From an uncultured Rikenellaceae bacterium (GTDB lineage: Bacteria > Bacteroidota > Bacteroidia > Bacteroidales > VadinHA17): a stretch of 64,000 nt of DNA. Each line of letters opens with the position of its first letter. The first letter of the stretch is position 1. The notes below the pieces were generated by a model. That model was not told the origin of the DNA and did not search any database. It saw only the letters and a program-made list of their open reading frames with translations. Positions 58,722-64,000 of the stretch are shown here, one piece after another. The stretch spans positions 200,868 to 264,867 of the forward strand of contig CAYXSM010000002.1 of the NCBI GenBank assembly GCA_964466705.1, read 5' to 3'. The position numbers and the translations under genes are program-made.

Positions 58722-60230
58722 TTAATTGTTACTCAGAACGGCGCAAGCGTCTTTCAAAATACGTTCAGAAGTCAATTTTGCGGAGATAAGAACATTTGGT
58801 ATACCGTTTCCGGGATGGGTGCTTCCTCCGACAAAATAAAGATTTTTATATTTTTTGTGCCTGTTGTGCGGACGGAAATAGCCCATCTGGAAAATGTTGT
58901 GTGAGAGACTGCCGAAAACAGATCCTCGTGAGATATTACAAGCTGATTCCCAGCTTTCCGGAGTAAAACAGACTTCAAATTTAATATGTGCCTCAATATC
59001 CTCAATCCCTGCTTTTTTAAGGCGTTTGATCACTGCCTCTCTGGCAGTATCTCTGATCCGATCCCAGTTTTGCCGGTAATTCTGGTCAATATGGCCTGTG
59101 GCAACAATAACGGAAAGAGTATCCTGATTTGGCGGAGCAGCTTCCGGATCTGTTCTTGATGGGGCATGCACATAAAAACTCGGATTTTCACTAACAACTT
59201 TATCGTTGAAAATACGGTCAAGACCTTTTTTGAAACTATCTGAGAGAAAAACGTTATGATGGTCAAGCCGGGGGAACTTTTTATCAAGACCCCAGTGAAA
59301 ACATACAGATGAGCAGGAATATCTGAGTTTATCCAGGCGGGATGAGGCTTTTTTGTCAGGAAGAAGGCTACGGTAAACGTAAGGAAGATCTGCATTTGCA
59401 ATAATGATATCAGCACTGACTGCAGTTCCGTCAGGCAAAATTATTCCTGAAGCCAGTCCCTTTTCTATGATTATCTTTTTGACAGGATAGTTGTAATGAA
59501 ATATGACACCTGCTTTTTCTGCTTCTTGAGTTAATTTTTCAACTACCGAGAACATTCCGTTATGCGAGGGAAAGAACGAACCTTCAGTCAATTCCGCGGC
59601 CGGAACCATCGAGAATAATGCAGGAGAATCGAAGGGGCTCTGTCCAACATAAATATTCTGGAAAGTAAATGACATTAACAGATGTGGGTGCCTGAAAAAC
59701 CTCATGGTATATCTATAATGGGGAGTAAACGCTTTTATCCTGAAGAGCAATGGGATGTTTTTCAGATTTATCATCTGGAAAACATTATAGAAATTTCTGT
59801 CAATAAGTTTTCCCATACTTTCATTGAATATCTCCATGCCTCTTGAAATGTAATCAACAGACCGTTCATAGCTTCCTGGTTCAATATTTTCAAGCTGCAC
59901 CTGCATCTTTCTCATATCAGAGGTAAATTCCAGATTACTTCCGTCATCGAAAAAAATTCTATAAAGATTATTCAGCGGTACGATATCTCTGTCCTCTTCA
60001 AGCTTTATACCCAGAGAATTAAAAATCTGTTGGTAAATTCCGGGCATAAGAAGCATGGTAGCCCCAAGATCGAACCGATGTCCCTCGCGCTTCAATTGTC
60101 CACAACGACCTCCGGGGGCTCCGTTCTTCTCGTAAAGACTTACCCTGAATCCGCTCTTTGCCAGGTAAACAGCGGTAGCTATTCCTCCTATGCCGGCACC
60201 TATAATAATTACCGTTTTATTATCTGGCAT
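58722..60230 (-). CDS. crtI: Phytoene desaturase
   Basis: GAGIGG, HRFDLGAT, YFVGGSTHPGNGIP. Confidence 0.85.
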   Translation of the reverse strand: MPDNKTVIIIGAGIGGIATAVYLAKSGFRVSLYEKNGAPGGRCGQLKREGHRFDLGATMLLMPGIYQQIFNSLGIKLEEDRDIVPLNNLYRIFFDDGSNLEFTSDMRKMQVQLENIEPGSYERSVDYISRGMEIFNESMGKLIDRNFYNVFQMINLKNIPLLFRIKAFTPHYRYTMRFFRHPHLLMSFTFQNIYVGQSPFDSPALFSMVPAAELTEGSFFPSHNGMFSVVEKLTQEAEKAGVIFHYNYPVKKIIIEKGLASGIILPDGTAVSADIIIANADLPYVYRSLLPDKKASSRLDKLRYSCSSVCFHWGLDKKFPRLDHHNVFLSDSFKKGLDRIFNDKVVSENPSFYVHAPSRTDPEAAPPNQDTLSVIVATGHIDQNYRQNWDRIRDTAREAVIKRLKKAGIEDIEAHIKFEVCFTPESWESACNISRGSVFGSLSHNIFQMGYFRPHNRHKKYKNLYFVGGSTHPGNGIPNVLISAKLTSERILKDACAVLSNN

Positions 60231-60309
60231 CAGTTAATAACATAAATGCAATACATAAATTTGCATAAAAGACCGGTTAACATGAAATTTGCCTCACTTT
60301 TATGGCATC

Positions 60310-60317
60310 CAAAATTA
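60310..60317 (-). promoter_or_regulatory. Bacteroidota -7 promoter box upstream of the crt cluster
   Basis: TAATTTTG on the minus strand about 80 nt upstream of crtI. Confidence 0.4.
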
Positions 60318-60434
60318 AATTTTCTTTCTTTCACTCCTGCAGTTTAAGTGAATTTAATAATAATTTTATCAGATTTAACGCTTCTCTTTACAGGAGTTTT
60401 GATGAATTAATACCGGTCTTAAACAGGAATAACT

Positions 60435-61532
60435 CTAATCGATGGTTTGAGTAAGTTTTTTGATTACCCGGAATTCCACAAAGAACTCTTTGGCAATAAC
60501 CCTGAGAAGGGTATAAACAGGCACAGCCAGCAGCATTCCGACCAGGCCCGCAATTCCTCCCCCGATTATTATCACAAGAAATATTTCAAGAGGATGGGAT
60601 TTGACACTCCTGGAGTAAATAACAGGAATAAGGATGCTGTTATCAATTAAATTAGCCACTATAAAGATCCCGATAATTTCAATGGTGACAGGTAACAATT
60701 CATTATAAGATCCGGTGACAAGGGTAGAGGTAACGCCTAGAATAATGCCGATTACTGTGCCTATTACAGGTCCCAGGTAAGGTATAATATTCATTACACC
60801 CCCAAAAAAACCTATAAGAAGAGCATTTTTTACTCCGAATATCCACAGACCGATTGTAATAAGCGACATTACACCCAGCAGTTCCAGCAGTACACCAATG
60901 TAATACCGGACAAGCAGGTTTTTTGAAACGGTTATTACTTTTTTTGTCGCCTCATGATGTTTCTCGGGAATGAAAAGGAGTAGCCCTTCCTCAAACATAT
61001 TTTCATCTTTAAGAAAGAAGAAGGCAATAAAAAGGATTGCAAAAAGCCCCAGGAAGATATTTCCAGCCATGCTTATAAAACCGCCGATAAGAGAGCTGAC
61101 ATTTCCCAGGTTAACCAATGATTTGGCTTTTATTACAAGGAAATCCTGAAGGGTCTGTCCGTCAGGTATGGCACCGATATCATGAAAAAGCTCATCAATA
61201 AATATCATCTGACCCTGGAGGTTCTGAGCAAGCCTGTTTACATCAATCCTTGAGATAGTTTCTGCCTGCTTAAGAATCATCGGAACAAAAACGGCGACAA
61301 ATCCCGCAGCAATGAGAACGATAATTGTCAGCGAAAGTAATGCACTGACCGTATGCGGGATGCGAATTTTTCTGATATGAATTTTATCAAAAAGGCGGAC
61401 AAGAGGGTGACCTATAAATGATAGCACTGCTGCAATAAGCAGCCAGATGATTATATAATAAAACCGCCAGATGAAGAATCCTATAATCAGAAGAACCAGG
61501 ATGTATCCTGTGTATTTCAGTACCTGTTTCAT
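60435..61532 (-). CDS. AI-2E family transporter
   Basis: Multi-TM; NIIPYLGP, HPLEI, GMLLAVP. Confidence 0.9.
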   Translation of the reverse strand: MKQVLKYTGYILVLLIIGFFIWRFYYIIIWLLIAAVLSFIGHPLVRLFDKIHIRKIRIPHTVSALLSLTIIVLIAAGFVAVFVPMILKQAETISRIDVNRLAQNLQGQMIFIDELFHDIGAIPDGQTLQDFLVIKAKSLVNLGNVSSLIGGFISMAGNIFLGLFAILFIAFFFLKDENMFEEGLLLFIPEKHHEATKKVITVSKNLLVRYYIGVLLELLGVMSLITIGLWIFGVKNALLIGFFGGVMNIIPYLGPVIGTVIGIILGVTSTLVTGSYNELLPVTIEIIGIFIVANLIDNSILIPVIYSRSVKSHPLEIFLVIIIGGGIAGLVGMLLAVPVYTLLRVIAKEFFVEFRVIKKLTQTID

Positions 61533-61701
61533 TGAACATAAATCTGTTGCAGAACAAATTTAAAAAACATTTGTATTAATAAATTATTATTATTCAGTTG
61601 AATATAATACAGTTAAGAAAATGATGATTTTTGGTATCGCCATCCTGAAATTCATAACACTTAAGTTTCTCGGTGGATATGATTAATGCATTATTATAAG
61701 C

Positions 61702-64000
61702 TCATTTTTCATCACCGTTGTTCACAGAAATACTGGCCTCGAATGAATAATCTCCTGAAGCCACAGTGCAGCTTGTCATATTTTCAGGACCTTCAGCGAT
61801 CCGGATAAGGCCACAGGAATTCAAGGGTATACTGTTTACATTGATTTTTTCCGGATCAGGCTGGGGTATCCTGACTGTGGCTATGGAGTTTGCCGGAATA
61901 GTTATTTTCATTTTCAGAATACCATCAGTGAGAGCCCAGTAGCATTTTATTTCACCCTTTACAGACTTATGTGAAACCTCAGCCCATGCAATGTCTCCAG
62001 TTATTTCAGGGGAAATCAGGATATGTTCATAGGCTTTTGATCCGGGAAACTGCCGTATGCCGCCTATCCCGCTGTAGAACCACTCCATCAGGTGGCCCAG
62101 CATCATGTGATTATTGGAGACATCCCTAAGGGCAGCCCATGATTCTGTAAGGGCTGTTGCTCCTCTAGCCAGCTGAAATCCGTATCCGGGAACATCTGAC
62201 CTGGCATTCATCTCATATATTACCTGCGAATATCCCTCCTGCTCAAGTACTCTTAAAAGATACCGGTAGCCGATATCTCCGGCCGTAAGTGCCATGTTAT
62301 TTTCCCGGATTGATCCCACAAGATTTGCTACCGTTTCCTGCCTGTATTTTTCATCAGTCATACCAAAAAACAAGGGCATGGCATATGCTGTCTGGCTTCC
62401 GGTTGAATAAGTCCTGGCTGCCGGATCAAAAAAGCGTTCATTAAAAGCAATCCTTATGTCTTCAGAAAGGTTTTTGTAGTAAACGGAATCATCCCTTTGC
62501 CCTGTCAAACCAGCCATAATACTTAAGAGCAGGGCATCATAAAAATAGATCGAGGTTGCGGTAACTTCTTTTGGTGTAAGCTGGGCTTCCCCGGGAAATT
62601 CTGGTCCAAGATCGTACCAGTCGCCAAGGCCGTGCGAGATTATATGCTTTTCAGAAGTACCGGTCAGGTAGTTTACATATTTTTTCATCATGGGGTAAGC
62701 TTTTTTAATGGAATTTATGTCTCCATACCACTCATACATGCTCCACGGCAGAATGATGCATGCGCTTCCCCACTCCGGAGAATCCCTGAATCCACCATAA
62801 AAAGGGACATATTCGGGGGCTATATCAGGTACCAGACCGTTATCAAGTTGTGCTTCCATCATGTCATCAATGATCTTGTCATAGAGATTATGAATATCAT
62901 ACACAAACCTTATTGAATTACCCATAAGATGAGTTTGCTCAAGCCATCCAAGCTTTTCCCTGTGCGGGCAGTCGGTTGCCACACTTGCCAGGTTGCTTTT
63001 AATTGACCAGTTTATCAGATCGTAAATAGAATTAAAAAGGTCGCTGGAACACCTAAAGCTGCCTGCAACGGGGGAGGAATTTCGTGTATGCAGCATTTGC
63101 AGGGATTCAATTACGGGCAGGTTATTAAGATTTGGCCGGCCGGCAGGGACAGCCCCTTCAGCCTGGACGTACCTGAATCCGTAATAAGTAAACACAGGAA
63201 TCCGGATCTCCTCTTCGTCTCCCCTGAGCACATAGGTAAAATAATATGGCGACCCTGATGCTTTCTGTGTCACATGCATATCTTCATCAACAAGTTCTCC
63301 GGGAATGAGTTTTATTTTCCGGCCTTTTAAACCTTTAATTTTCAGCTTTACAATTCCCGAAGCGTTCTGCCCGTAATCATAAATATGTATTGTATCATTT
63401 ACTGATGTGATATTCTCCGGGTCGAACACCTGCATGACCCTCATGGGATGGTCCTTTTCAGGAACAAGACTGCCTTCAGGATTTTTTACCCTTAAAGCAT
63501 TATTCCATCCTGAATCATCAAATCCGGGTTCAGCCCAACCATCCTGCTCAAGAGTGGCATCATAATCTTCCCCGCCGTAAATGCTTGTATATACTACAGG
63601 AGAAGGACAGGTTTTCCAGCTTTCATCACTGACAATTAACCCGGAAGTGCCATCGTTATAGGTGATCAATATTTTAAGGATCATTTTTGGGGCTCCGTAG
63701 GCGATAACGAGTTTTCTGTACCTTTCCCTGTTAATGTTGTAAAAACCGTTACCTGTAATTACACCCGCACAATTAATCCCGCGTTTAAGATATTCTGTAA
63801 CATCATAGGTGTTGTAATAACATGTATGCCTGTAATCGGTCCATCCCGGTGAAAGAAAACGATCGCCAATCCGGCTTCCGTTTACGTAAAGTTCATAATG
63901 ACCGAGGCCGCTGATAAATGCAAATGCACGACTGATTTTTTCCCCGACCATGAATTCCTTCCGAAAGTAAGGAATTATCATCCGCCTCTTTGCGATCTCG
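61702..64000 (-). CDS. GH78 alpha-L-rhamnosidase (5' end beyond the window)
   Basis: GLGHYE, LSPGWTDY, DYGQN, YYGFRY, TDCPHREKLGW, GATALTESW, SNNHMM; frame stays open to the window edge. Confidence 0.92.
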   Translation of the reverse strand, partial: EIAKRRMIIPYFRKEFMVGEKISRAFAFISGLGHYELYVNGSRIGDRFLSPGWTDYRHTCYYNTYDVTEYLKRGINCAGVITGNGFYNINRERYRKLVIAYGAPKMILKILITYNDGTSGLIVSDESWKTCPSPVVYTSIYGGEDYDATLEQDGWAEPGFDDSGWNNALRVKNPEGSLVPEKDHPMRVMQVFDPENITSVNDTIHIYDYGQNASGIVKLKIKGLKGRKIKLIPGELVDEDMHVTQKASGSPYYFTYVLRGDEEEIRIPVFTYYGFRYVQAEGAVPAGRPNLNNLPVIESLQMLHTRNSSPVAGSFRCSSDLFNSIYDLINWSIKSNLASVATDCPHREKLGWLEQTHLMGNSIRFVYDIHNLYDKIIDDMMEAQLDNGLVPDIAPEYVPFYGGFRDSPEWGSACIILPWSMYEWYGDINSIKKAYPMMKKYVNYLTGTSEKHIISHGLGDWYDLGPEFPGEAQLTPKEVTATSIYFYDALLLSIMAGLTGQRDDSVYYKNLSEDIRIAFNERFFDPAARTYSTGSQTAYAMPLFFGMTDEKYRQETVANLVGSIRENNMALTAGDIGYRYLLRVLEQEGYSQVIYEMNARSDVPGYGFQLARGATALTESWAALRDVSNNHMMLGHLMEWFYSGIGGIRQFPGSKAYEHILISPEITGDIAWAEVSHKSVKGEIKCYWALTDGILKMKITIPANSIATVRIPQPDPEKINVNSIPLNSCGLIRIAEGPENMTSCTVASGDYSFEASISVNNGDEK

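Overview
A 64-kb chromosomal segment from a Bacteroidota genome, probably Bacteroidales-like: it has TAnnTTTG -7 promoter boxes, a T9SS C-terminal sorting domain, and FISUMP, DUF3108 and GH78 genes. From left to right: (1) tRNA-Arg(CCT) with a tandem degenerate copy interrupted by palindromic hairpin insertions. (2) A housekeeping block: cvpA, tyrS, SpoIIE/RsbU phosphatase, efp, tsaB, MFP/TolC, fbaA. (3) tRNA-Gln(TTG) followed by a decaying stress/storage islet with gene remnants, SDR, USP, DUF2934, patatin and a TreY-MalQ fusion with a probable treZ remnant. (4) Envelope genes: MORN protein, a porin with a structured 5' leader, M48 protease, hflKC. (5) The most striking locus (28.3-39.5 kb), an apparent chaperone-usher pilus operon: three DUF4402 pilins, a PapD-like chaperone and an usher-like protein with three C-terminal SPOR domains, with a ~1640-aa T9SS-secreted adhesin-like gene embedded and translationally coupled. 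(6) An OmpA / LytTR / TPR-LytS module. (7) A photolyase plus a large carotenoid acyl-glycoside cluster with two desaturases and two synthases. (8) An AI-2E transporter and a partial GH78. All product calls come from motif recognition by eye; no database searches were run.
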